Source: the human T2T-CHM13v2.0 reference genome, Homo sapiens
Length of the DNA: 64,000 nt
Reading direction: 5' to 3' (one strand)
Assembly (NCBI RefSeq): GCF_009914755.1
Contig: NC_060929.1
Of this stretch, positions 14,583 to 27,716 are shown in pieces; position 1 is the first letter of the stretch, and every line of letters starts with the position of its first letter. A program made the translations under genes and the position numbers. A model generated the notes under the pieces. It did not search any database. It was not told the DNA's origin and saw only the letters and a program-made list of their open reading frames with translations.

Positions 14583-14713
14583 CTTTCTATTTTTTTGATG
14601 TAGACATTTATTGCTATAATCTTGCCTTTTAATACTGCTTTTGCTTTATTCCACAGGTTTTGGTATGTTGTGTTTCTATTTTCATTTGTTTCAGGAATTT
14701 TTAAATTTTATTC

Positions 14714-14990
14714 TTTTTTTTTTTTTTGAGATGGAGTCTCGCACTGTCACCCAGGCTGGAATGCAGTGGCGTGATCTTGGCTTACTTCAAGCTCTGCCTC
14801 CTGGGTTTACGCCATTCTCCTGCATCAGCCTCCTGAGTAGCTGGGACTATAGGCGCCTGCCACCATGCCCGGCTAATTTTTTGTATTTCTAGTAGAGTCG
14901 GAGTTTCACAATTGTTAGCCAAGGTGGTCTCAATCTCCTGACCTCATGATCTGCCCGCCTTGGCCTCCCAAAGTGCTAGGATTATAGGCA
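14714..14990 (-). mobile_element. AluY/Sc-like, slightly 5'-truncated, nested in L1MA
   Basis: GGGTTTACGCCATTCTCC Y-type motif; TSD TTTAAATTTTATTCTT on both sides. Confidence 0.9.
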
Positions 14991-17854
14991 TTTAAATTTT
15001 ATTCTTAATTTTTTTCTTCTCCCATTGGTCATTCAGGAGCATGTTGTTTAATTTCCATATATTTGTGTAGTTTTAAATGTTCCTCTTATTAATGATTTCT
15101 ACTTTTATTGCACTGTGGTCAGATAAGATACTTGATATGATTTGCATTAAAAAATTTTTTTTGAGACTTGTTTTGTGTCCTAACATATGGCCAGTCCTGG
15201 AGAATGTTCCATGTGCTGATGAAAATAATGTATATTTTGCAGCTGTTGGGTGAAATGTTCTGTAAATATCCGTTAGGTCCATTTGCTCTATGGTGTAGTT
15301 TTATAGTTTTGTTTTTTTGTAATGGTGGTTATTATCTTTTCATGTCCAGATGTGAGACTGCCTTGAGCATTTCTCGTAAGGTCAGTCTGGTGGTGATGAA
15401 TTCCCCTAGTTTTTGCTTGTCTGTGAAAGATTTTCTCTTTCATTTTTGAAGAATAGCTTTGCTGGATATAATATTCTTGGCTGTCAGTTGTTTTTTTTTT
15501 TTTTCTATCAGTACTTTGAATATATAATCTAATTCTCTCCTGGCCAGTAAGGTTTCTGCTGAGAAATCCACTGTTAGTCTAATGGAGAGTCCCTTATATG
15601 TGATTTGATGTTTTTCTCTGGCTGTTTTTAGAATTCTTTCTGTCTTTGACTTTTGGCAATTTGACTATAATGTCCTTTGAAGAGAATCTGTTTGGGTTGA
15701 ATCCATTTGGAGTTCGTTGAGCTTCCTGCATCTAGATGTCCATATCTCTCTCAAGACTTGGGAATTTTATAGTTACTATTTCATTAAATATGTTTTCTAT
15801 ATCTGTTCCCTTCTCTTCTCCTTCTGGAACACTAAATCGAATGTGAGTATTTGTTTGCTTAATAATGTCCCATAAATCCTGTAGGCTTCCTTCATTCTTT
15901 TTTATTCTTTATCCTTTTAGTGTCATTTCAAAAGATCTGTATTCAAGTCCAGAAATTCTTTCTTCTGCTTGGTCTGGTCTGTGGTTTGAGCTCTCAGTTG
16001 TATTTTAAAATTTCATTTATCGAATTCTTCAGCTTTAGGATTTCTGTTTTCTTTTTATATCTATCTCTTTGTTGGAGTTCTCAGTCAAATAATACATTGT
16101 TTTCCTGATTTCACTGAATAGTCTATCTGTATTCTCTTGTATCTCACTTAGTTTCCTTAAGATTATTATTTTGAATTCCTTTTCTGTCATTTTGTTTATT
16201 TCCTTATGATTGGGTCTGCTACAGAAGAATTATTGTGTTTCTTTGGAAGCATGATATTTCTTCGCTTTTTTATGTTTGATGTGTTTTAAAGTTGATTTCT
16301 ATACATCTGGTGGAATAGTCGCTTCTTCCAATTTTATGGAGTAGGTTTCACAGGGAAAGACTTATTCATATATATGGGTCTTGGGTGTTGGTTGGAGTGT
16401 GTTGTCTTTGGTTCTAGGTGGACACAGTTGTGTAGTCTCTGTGTAGTTTCTTCAGCTGCAATCCACACTAGCAATGCTTGTGAGTGTCTCAGTGGCCTAG
16501 GCTGAGAGAGTTTGTGATGGTGGTGGTGTGGCTTTGTTGGGGGTGGGCTCACTGGGTCACTGGGCTGTTTCTCAGGTTAGGGGCACATGTGTGCACACAG
16601 CAGGTCAGCCAACTTGGGGTCTGGCTTGTTGGGGTTGGGACCATGGGGTTATTACACTGGCAGGGGGCATGGGCATGCGGTTTCTAGGTAAGCCTGAGAG
16701 TATGTCTGCCAGGGGAAGTCTCTAGAACTGTTTCTCAGGCCCAGGACATGGCTGTATAGCTTCTTGGTTAGCCTGGATGCATGTCTGTTGAGGCTGGCCC
16801 ATGGGATATTTCTCTGGCCTGGGATGAGGGTGCACAGCTGCTCAGTCAACCTTGGGGTATGCCTGTGAGGCACAGCCCATGGGGCTGTTTCTGTGGCCTG
16901 GGACACAGGTGCACGGCTGCTCAGCTGGCCTGGGAACATGTCTTCTGGGCATGGACTGTATGGTTGTTTCTCAAGCCTGAGATGTGGGCATGAGGCCTTT
17001 GGGCAGGCTAGGGATGTGTCCAAGGCGGGCAGGTGGATGCCACTGGGCTGTTTCTCAGGCCCTGAGCACAAGCATGAAACTACACCACTGGCTTTGGGGG
17101 CATATCAGCTTCTTGGTAACTCAGGGACTTCTCCCACTCAGGGGAGGACACACAGTAGTTCGGCTAGCTCAAGTGTGGGTTTGTCCTGGGTGGGACTGGC
17201 AGACTGTTCCTCTAGCTGGAAGTGTATGTGTATGGGTTTGTTCCCTGGTGTGTAGGACCAGAGTCTCAGCTGATGATCGGCTCAGGCTGGGGTTGTGGCG
17301 TTCAGCCACCCATGTGGGCTTGATGCAATGAAGATGGAGCCCCAGTGTTGGACAGGTACAGTAGCTACTGGCCCTCAGGGAAGGCACACTCCAGAGGTGG
17401 CTCTGGTCTCAACATGGCACCATGTTGCTATAGCTTGGCTCACAGCGGCTGGATGGGGTATGGAGAGTGCACACCTTGTGCTCCTAATCCAGAACACTGT
17501 AGCTGTGTGAATTCCTGGCAGCTCTCCAAAATGGGCTCAGGGCTTGTGAGGACTGTGTGTTTCTCCTGTTGTAAGAACTGTAAGTGTTTTCAGTGGCAAC
17601 GGGTGCTGGTGGCATTCTTCTGCTTACCATTTCCCTGCAAGGAGAACTACCTCCTGTCTCCAGGCCAACTTGTTCTGGTGAAAGAGATGGGGCTGCATGG
17701 AGGTGCCTCCACTCCCACTGCACTCCAGTGCTGTCTCTTCTACACTCCAGTCATACCTTAGCTGTTTATTCATTGCCTTGGTCCTTTTTCTTGGCAGAGA
17801 TGATTGCCAACTGTCTCTATTCAGCCATCTTGCTGATGTCATTCTGATTTTTTT

Positions 17855-19030
17855 AATGAAGAGCTCCTGCAAATCTGTGAAAAATATATAAACAGATCAG
17901 TATAAAAATGGCATATAATACAAATGAACTAGTCACAAAAGAAAAAATATTAATAAATAGTATATACAATAGAGTCTTTAAGAAACAAAAAGTGAAAGTG
18001 AAAGCAATGAGATATTATTTCCATTTTTACTTTTTGGTATCAAACTGACAAGTTATCATTTAAAAATTACAATATCCAGCCATGATGGGGATGTTGGCAA
18101 AACAGGCACTTTAATACATAGTTGAGGGAGGGTTAGCTGCTGCATCATTTCCTGATGATACTATGACTAAAGCCTTAAATTATGCCTTATGGAACTCATC
18201 CTAAAGAAATTAGCAGAGTTATGGCCAAATATATACGCAAAAGGATGTTCATCATAGAATTTTTATAATAATGACACCACCTAACATATTGATATAGTGG
18301 ATTTGTTAAGTAAGTTATGGTCCACCCATGTGATGGACTACTATATAGCCAGTAAAAATCAAATGTACCACCTTAGAAAAATGTTTACAAAATAATTTAC
18401 TAAGTGACAAAGTTATATATAAAATAAAATAAAATATAGAGTATGTCATCAGTTTTGTAAAAAAATATGCATATATGTATAACAGTATATCTGCATATAT
18501 GGGCAAAGAAAAAAGACTAGAAGGACATACGATGTTAACGTATTAGTCTGTTCTCACATTACTGTAAGGAAATACCTAAGACTGGGTAATTTATAAAGAA
18601 AAGAGGTTTAATTGGCTCATGATTCTGCAGGCTGTACAGGAAGCTTGGTGGCTTCCGTTTCTGGGGAGGCCTCAGGAAGTTTCCAATCATGGCAGAAGGC
18701 GAAAGGGGAACAAGGTACTTCACATGGCCCGAGAAGGAGGAAGAGAGATGGGGGAGGTGCCACACACTTCAACAACCAGATCTCATGAGGACTCACTATC
18801 ACAAGAACAGCACCAAGGGGATGGTACTAAACCATTTATGAGAGAACCACTCCATGATCAAATCACCTCCCACCAGGCCCACTTCCAGCAAAGGAGATTA
18901 TATTTCAACATGAGATTTGGATGGGGTCACAGATCCAAACCGTATCCGTTAATAATAGTTACCTCTGAGTGTGGATTATAGTGTTTTCCAAATTTTCTGC
19001 ACGACATTTATCAGTTTTGTAATTTGAAAA
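17855..19030 (+). mobile_element. Ancient L1ME 3' portion (split by MSTA)
   Basis: GCAAAAGGATGTTCATCATAG, GACTAGAAGGACATAC, ACCTCTGAGTGTGGATTATAG resemble L1ME 3' UTR. Confidence 0.65.
18539..18947 (-). mobile_element. MSTA MaLR solo LTR
   Basis: GTATTAGTCTGTTCTCAC...GGCTGTACAGGAAGC...CAGATCCAAACCGTATC; 5-bp TSD GTTAA at 18534-18538 and 18948-18952. Confidence 0.9.
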
Positions 19031-20616
19031 GGAAAACAAATATGAAAAGAAAAAATATGAGGAAGATATGAAGGAAATCTTGGGACTCCATGACTCGGTT
19101 GACCTCTATTCTCAGGTTTTGGGTTTCAAGTTTACATACAAATTTAGAAAAATAGAATAGCAAGTATGTAGTACGGCCTGATATTGTGGCAGCACCTTAT
19201 ACTATAACAAATAGATGTTTAAAGCCTGTGAGGTTCTAGGCCACTCTTCTGAAAAGTTGTTTTTCAATATGATACATTTTTACTACTAAGAAATTCATTT
19301 TGGTGTCACTTGGGTCACTAGTTACCCATGAAAATTGATATTAGTGTAGATTTTTATGTCACATAGCCAGAAGGAAAACACTGAGAATAAGTGCTGCTCT
19401 TTCCCCAGTCAATTCATCCTTGTGCAAGATAAGCCCCCAAAAAGAGGATTTAAGGGCCTCTCATCCTTAGTCCCATGAGGTCTCTATCTCCATTCCCTTC
19501 TTCACTTTTGGTGACAATTCAAGGCTAGCCTAGCAAGCCCACACTTTCTCACCAAATAAAGACACACTCATTACCAGGGGGTGGGTCTGGCAGCTGGAGC
19601 TGTTTTATCAATAGTCTATTTGAGTCTCTGAAAAACAATTTAAGCTGGTCACAGTATTTCATCAAAACTGTTCAATACCGGTGACTGGTGGCCTCAGCGG
19701 ATGGTATATCCATAATTCATAATGCCGTCTAAATTGGAGAGAGGAGACACTGTAATCTCAGAATCCTTTTTAAGGGAGAGGAGGAATCTTAGAACATGCT
19801 TAAAACAAGTACAGTTGAAGCCTTTGTTACAGATGGGTTTTTATCTTTCTAGGAGATGGAAAAGGCTAAGTCAGTGACAACAAAGCTAAATATTTCTCCT
19901 TATAATACAAAGGAGAACAATGCATGGTTACTACTGACTAATTTATTTTACTCAATGGAATAAACCAGAAAGACTAACATTGTTTTAATTTATGCATCCA
20001 GTGAGAGCCAGGATATTGATATGTAAAAGCACTTAAACATACACTGTTATGGGCCAGGGCTGTCAAGAGCTGTTTTGAATCAGAAAGAGCTGGAAATATT
20101 CATGTAGAAAGAGAGCTACCCAACAACCCAGCTCTATAAATAGTCCTGAGTGAGCCTGGCTTGTGGCTTGGGTTGGCCTGAGTCCCAAACTCCTCCCTGG
20201 GGACTAAACCCAGGAGGAATGAGACAGAAATGAAACTTGGGCATTTGTCTAGCTGCTTCCCTGGTCACCATAGATTTCTCAGGAAAAGCCTATTTGCTGT
20301 CTGTAAATATTTCCTCTCCCTTCTTCTTCCTGGCCTTCCTAAAAACAAAGCAAAGCAAAACACATAAATAAAATTCCAAAACACAAAAACAAATAAAGCA
20401 AATCTTTCCCAGTTACTCTTGGCGTTAGTTACTAAGCACTGGAGATTTACAGCCTACTTATTGGTAATCTTTAAATTCATGTTTCAGGAATCCCTGAAAA
20501 GTGATTTGGGTAAAAGAATGCAGTGAGGAAACTGTAAGAATGATCCTATGTTTCTCAGTTTTCTTTCCGCTGGCACTACTTTATTTAACCCTCACAGTGC
20601 TCTGTGGAAGGTATTA

Positions 20617-20695
20617 TTAGATTGGTGCAAAAGTATTTGCGGTTTTGACATGAAAAGTAATGGCAAAAACCGCAATTACTTTTGCACTAACCTAA
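20617..20695. mobile_element. MADE1 (Hsmar1-derived ~80-bp MITE) inside a MIR
   Basis: TTAGATTGGTGCAAAAGTATTTGCGGTTTT...AAAAACCGCAATTACTTTTGCACTAACCTAA inverted repeats flanked by TA/TA. Confidence 0.93.
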
Positions 20696-21067
20696 TAGGA
20701 TGCTTATGTGATGGGTGAGGGAAGTGAAGCTCAGAAAAGTGCAATGCCTATAAAAGGTGGACCATTCCATCATCCCACCCAGTTGAGTGGTCCTCCCACT
20801 ACACCAGTGGTCAGTCAGTTACAGGCAGCTGCTGACCTCCCTCAACTCCTACTACCCATAGCCTCCACTCATGCGATATACATGCCAAAAAGTTTCCTGA
20901 AAAGTTGTTGTACTAAGTTCCCCTAGATCACTGTAGTTTTCAAACCTTTTTCCTTCATTATGACCTGCTTCACATACTGGTGAACAGATGGCCCCGTGGG
21001 TCAGTGTGAGGCGCTTGTGAAATCTAGGCCATCGGTTTCACCATCAACATACATTAGCTAGTCTTTA

Positions 21068-21925
<858 letters not shown>

Positions 21926-21993
21926 AACATGTAGTTTTATACACTTACAACTTAATCTCAACAGCTGGGTCACAATGGGCAGAGAGAACAGTA

Positions 21994-22308
21994 CAGTCAT
22001 GCTTTGCATAACAAAGTTTTGGTCAACAATAGACGACATATATGATGATGGTCCCATAAGATTATAATACCATATGTTTATGGTACCTTTTTATGTTTAG
22101 ATCTGTGTAGATACACAAATACTTACCATTGTCTTATAATTGCCTAGTATAGTGCAATAATGTGCTGTACAAGTTTGTAGCCTAGGAGCAGTAGGCTGTA
22201 GCATATAGCCTAGGTGTGTAGTAGGCTATACTCCCTAGGTTTGTGTAAGTACACTCTGATGTTTGCACAATGACAAAATCACCGAATAATGCAAGAGACT
22301 CATGACTG
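21994..22308. mobile_element. Tigger3a (MER7)-like DNA transposon
   Basis: Termini CAGTCATG...CATGACTG with TA TSDs; internal GGTCCCATAAGATTATAATAC and TAGCCTAGG motifs. Confidence 0.85.
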
Positions 22309-22344
22309 TACTAGGATTCAGGGACTATGTTAAGCACTTAAAGC

Positions 22345-22570
22345 TCTTATAATACTTTTAACATCCCTATGAGGTAGCTACTATAGTATTAGGTCGGTGC
22401 AAAAGTGAGTGCAGTTTTGCCACTACTTTTAATACCTCCGTTTTATAAATAAGAAAACTGGGGCCTGGAGAGGTTACATAACTTGCCCAATGTCCCACAG
22501 CTTATAAGAGGCAGAGGCAGGATTCCCAGCCAGGCAGTCTGACTCCAGAGGGTATGCTCTTCACTACTGT
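22345..22570 (-). mobile_element. MIR carrying a half MADE1 (22389-22433)
   Basis: CCCTATGAGGTAG...[TTAGGTCGGTGCAAAAGTGAGTGCAGTTTTGCCA]...GAGAGGTTACATAACTTGCCCAA. Confidence 0.8.
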
Positions 22571-23083
22571 ATTACAATGCCTCCAATCCACGTGGATGGA
22601 CTCATTCCTTACCCTGGCCTGCTCTTAGGTAGAGCTGTTCCTAAACAGAGTAGAGACCTGGGCCAGTGTTGGCTTTCTGCCCTTCACTTTCAGCCCCCTC
22701 TTTCTCCCATCTGCCCACCCTCTCCTCTCTTCTTTTTCTGGTTCTTCCCTATTCCTTGCAACAACATTGCTCATCCCTGTGCCTTCCTTGACCTAGGTTT
22801 CTGTTCTGTTTAGGGACTGCACAGTCTAGAGCACAATTGACCAATGGTTCCCAAGCCTGGGTGATCATCATATTTTTAGAGGAACTTCAAAAACATGCAT
22901 ACTCCTAGGCCTGTAACTTCTGGTGCATTGTCAGCTGTCCAGGTAATGGTGTTCACTCAGCTTGGGAAAAAATACCATGATACACAATGGTCAGAGTTCT
23001 GGCTGTGATGGTAGTGAAAACGCCTTTAAGAACCTGGCTGAACACAATATAGTTCATCTGGTTCCCTAAAGATAACAATTCTC

Positions 23084-23337
<254 letters not shown>

Positions 23338-23685
23338 CATAAAAATTCTCCTGTAGCCCTGGTCTCTTGTTTATAGAGAATAGCTGTGTTTCTGCTTCCA
23401 TGTGTTCCAAAGGGCCAATATTAGTGCTGTGACACCTGGAAAACATCCTACTGTCTTAGGATGAGTGTTTGAAATGTGAAACACTCTTGGGCTGTGAATC
23501 CTTCCATGATATGTTAGTCCGTGGAAGGAGAATTGGAACTGGTGATGGTACTTAGTGGAGAGCTACTGCTAATGATGCAGCGCTGTTAGATATTGTAAAC
23601 ATTTAATTAGCTAGTCCTCCAGAGACCTCTCTAGAAATAGGTAATTAAACAAACAATTTAAATGCATTTTAAAGATCAGAGTCAT

Positions 23686-23948
23686 TTCAGGATGAATAAG
23701 TTCTGAAAACCTATTGTACAGCATGGTGACTATAGTTAATATAATGTATATTTAAAAATTGCTAAATTTTAATAACAATTATAATGCATTATATATTTGA
23801 ATTCTTTTTGCACCACAAAAAATAAGTATGTGACATGATTGGTACATTAATTGGCTCAATTTAATAATTTCACAATATATGCATATATCAAAATATTACA
23901 TTGTGCACTGTAAATATATACAATTTTTATGAGTCAATTAAAAAAAAC
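23686..23948 (+). mobile_element. L1MA 3' end fragment
   Basis: GATGAATAAGTTCTG...TGTACAGCATGGTGACTATAGTTAAT; CAGAGTCATT on both sides. Confidence 0.8.
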
Positions 23949-24688
23949 AGAGTCATTAAAGGCAATGTTTTCCCCTTTGAATCTAACTTTAAAATAAGGA
24001 AGTTCATAAATGCATCCTGTGTTTTGAAATAATGAATCTGTCATCAACATCAGATTAGCTGCTACTTCTGATAAAGTTAATTCTGCTGATTTCTGGAAGA
24101 CTTTTTTAGAGACAAATAGTTTCTCTGAGGTTCCTTTAAGTTCTCGTTACTCAAAGCTTGGATGTTATGTTAAATTTTTCCACTTTGATCCATCCAGGCC
24201 ATGGATTGTAGGCCGCAAGGAACAGAAACTGTTTATTCACAAGACAAGTGTGTCCTTGGTACTTCATGAATCTCAAAAGAGGATTAACTGGGGTGATGGT
24301 GGTAGTATAAATGTCATGTGTAAGTTCTCCATTTTAACTGTGACACTTCACAACACAACTGAAACAATCTGAATATGTAAAGAAGTTGGAGATTATCTGC
24401 CAAGGGCAGGTCTCTTCCAAATTACTGATGGAAAAATCATCCTCCTTTTTGTAGTTAGGAATACACACACACACGTGCGCATGCATGCGCACACATGGTC
24501 AGCGATCTTCAACCACGTAAAAAAATAGAAAGCATTTGTTATGATTTCCCATAAGACAAAATATGGGAAAGTGGGCTTGCACTGCAATGGAGGCATTAAA
24601 ATTAAACTAGGAAACACCAAGGTTAGGAAACACCAAGGATTCTGCAGAGAGTTTGTAGACTCAAACTGATTTTAAAAATGATGAGAAA

Positions 24689-25016
<328 letters not shown>

Positions 25017-25149
25017 TTAGACACTCAAAATATTTGCTAAATGGTATTGAAATAAAGATGGCATGGATTCATGTGAAAAGAAGAAACACAACAACAATAA
25101 GAACATAATTCTTTTAGTTACAAGGACCCTCTGGGATAGCAGTAATGCC

Positions 25150-25300
25150 TGTATTTGAGTCTTACTGCTGCCACTGGTTTGGATGAGTTTTTGGAACCTC
25201 TCTTAACCTTGATTTACACTTCTACTAGTTGGGAATAATAATAATACTTCATAGAGTAGTTATTATGTAAGTAAAGTACTTAACGCAGTATGAGGCACTT
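25150..25300 (+). mobile_element. MIR fragment
   Basis: GGGAATAATAATAATACTTCATAG...GTAAAGTACTTAAC. Confidence 0.5.
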
Positions 25301-27243
25301 TTCCTTTAGTTTTATATACCATTGATATTTACATATGTATTTACATGTTTATGTATATATATGTAATCTCCATAGTCGTGCATATGGATTAGGTGTGACT
25401 ACTATCCCAAATGGCTTGCATGCACTTCTGTCTAGAATTGGGGAGAATGAATTGACTAACATCTTGGCATCCCTCTGAGCCCCATGATTCCATAGTTCTG
25501 TGAAGATTCTTTAATGATTATTCAATTTTATGCAAGAAAAAGCCAGGTTGTCTCCTAGATTGTCCAGAAGGGGGCTCAGATAGGAGACATTGCATACAGC
25601 TACCTAATCCTACTAGATTACTTGACATTTTGGGATGAGCAATAAGTTGATAAATGAGAAGGACTGGTCACTGTCATGGTTATTAATGAAGAAACCTACC
25701 ATCTTGATGGTGATGAATCTTGATGATGGAAAAGAAATCACCTCTGGGCAAAACCTGCAAACCTGCAGTTACTGCCTGATTATTGCCTCTGCATTTTCCT
25801 AAGCTGGTGTCAAACAGGAAATGTGGATATTTAAACCTAGATAAACGTCATGCAAAGATGAGCCCTGAAGCCATAGTATCTGAGAGTTTGGCTTAAGGCA
25901 GAACAACCCAGTGCCATAAAGCTCATTGTTGGGCTGCCTTTTTCTCCCAGCCCTCCAGAGACAGGTCAGAATGGAAAAAAGCAAGCATATGTTTAGCCTT
26001 GCAAGGTTTTAGTAGGAAAATTCTGCAACTGAAAGCCCCATCACTGACAGTGTTTTGACATGAAGTTTCACGTAATTGGAAAAGGCATTACAATTTTCTG
26101 CCCATGGAATGCTTCTGAATATAACTAGCCATGTGACTTAGGAGGCGGTCTTAGCAAGTGTGCAAGCGTCTCTGTTGCTAAAGACAAAGAAGAAACCACT
26201 AGTATTACTCAACACACATCACAGTCAGGTGGAAAGGAATCCCAGGGGTCAGTAGCTTGAGTCTCCTATCTCAAGGCAAGTCTGCTTTTCAGACCAGGCC
26301 AAAGCACAATGTTCAATTATATTTCCTGGTCACCTTCCCTAATAGCCAATAAAACGGGTGCTCGTTCAGACTACTTAAGACTAGAATTGTGGTTGCTCCT
26401 TATCTGTGTTTTGTAATTTCTAAGATTCCCTCTATTGGAGAAATACTGCCCAGGGAAATGCAGAGAATAGTTTCTTTGATACCAGACCATGACAATGTGT
26501 TTCTTTGGAGCTAGGGATTAAAACCTCACAGTATTTGTAGACTTGTGGCATCATTTTATCTGTTACCTCCACCCACATGTCACAGCCAAACAGGCCTCTC
26601 TTCCTTTTGCCAACTTGCCCACTCCCAGGCTTTTTCTGTTTAATTCTGGGAAACCTGGCAAAGAAAAGGATGACCCTTGAAGCAAATGATATGCTGAAAT
26701 GTTCTGGGTGGGAGCTGCCTGAGGAGTAGGCCAAAATAACTCACAGATCTATGCCTTGAGGGAAAGATGGGAAAATAGAGGCAGGTTCCTTTCCCCTCTC
26801 CAAACCATTTTGATCCAAGAACATTATGAACTTGGTAACTAGATATGCTTTTAGAAGACAGCCCTTCTATTTTAGAAATGGATTTTCTAGCTGCTTTAAA
26901 ATCAGCATAGCTGTACACCAAGTAAATCAATGAAAAGTACTTTGTGTGCCAATTTGTGCTAGAGATGTAGAGCTCCTTCAGCAACTACCAGTGCTAAAGA
27001 GATCACCTGCTTTCCACATGTGGTGAAACTAGGATTACATTTCAGGTATGCATGTGGGCTATGGCTTTAGAGGAGGGTTCTTATCCTATACTTCTATGTT
27101 GATACAATTGTATCTTTCTTCTAAGTGTAGGGGAACCCCACTCAATAGAGTAGTTCATCTCCCAATCTTTTCATCCCCCACCTGTGTTCCCAAACATGCT
27201 TCTATCTATAATAGTGGCTCACTAGGAGAGTAGGGTCTATATT

Positions 27244-27268
27244 TGTGTGTGTGTGTGTGTGTGTGTGT
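27244..27268. repeat. (TG)n microsatellite
   Basis: Direct reading. Confidence 0.95.
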
Positions 27269-27271
27269 TGG

Positions 27272-27716
27272 TATATTAGTTTTCTAGGACTACTGTAACA
27301 AATGAATATACACTGGTAGCTTAAAAGAATAGGCATTTATTGTCTCACAGTTCTGCAAGCTAAAATTCTGAAATCAAGGTCAGGGCCATGCTCCCTCTGA
27401 AGGCTCTAGGGGAGGATCCTTCCTTGCCTCTTCTAGCTCCTGGTGCTTGCTGGCAATCTTTGGTATTCCTTGGCTTGTAGATGCATCATTTCAATCTCTG
27501 CCTCTGTCTGCACTTGGAATTCTCCTGTGTCTGTGTCTAAATTTCCCTTTTCTTATGACACCAATCATTAGATTAGGGCCCACCCTAATTCAGTATGGCT
27601 TCATTTTAATGTGATTATATCTTCAAAATCTTAGTTCCAAATAAGGTCACATTTACAGATACTAGTGTTTAGGATTTGAACATATCATTTTAAGGGGCAT
27701 AATTCAACCCACAGCT
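27272..27716 (-). mobile_element. MLT1C/B MaLR solo LTR
   Basis: TATTAGTTTTCTAGGACTACTGTAACAAA...GATTAGGGCCCACCCTAA...CCAAATAAGGTCACATT. Confidence 0.85.

Noticed and set aside
16334-17891. Dense cluster of ORFs on both strands
   Set aside because: By-product of the GC-rich, repetitive L1 5' UTR
20134-20143. CTATAAATAG TATA/MEF2 motif as a promoter
   Set aside because: The same 10-mer occurs in an L1 remnant at ~9351; expected by chance in AT-rich DNA and unsupported otherwise
24608-24638. TAGGAAACACCAAGG tandem pair as a CRISPR-like or regulatory repeat
   Set aside because: Simple two-copy 16-bp slippage duplication with no spacers, in eukaryotic DNA
26432-26984. Overlapping 100-114 aa ORFs in unique DNA as a coding gene
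   Set aside because: No recognisable domain, non-ATG starts and no convincing exon structure
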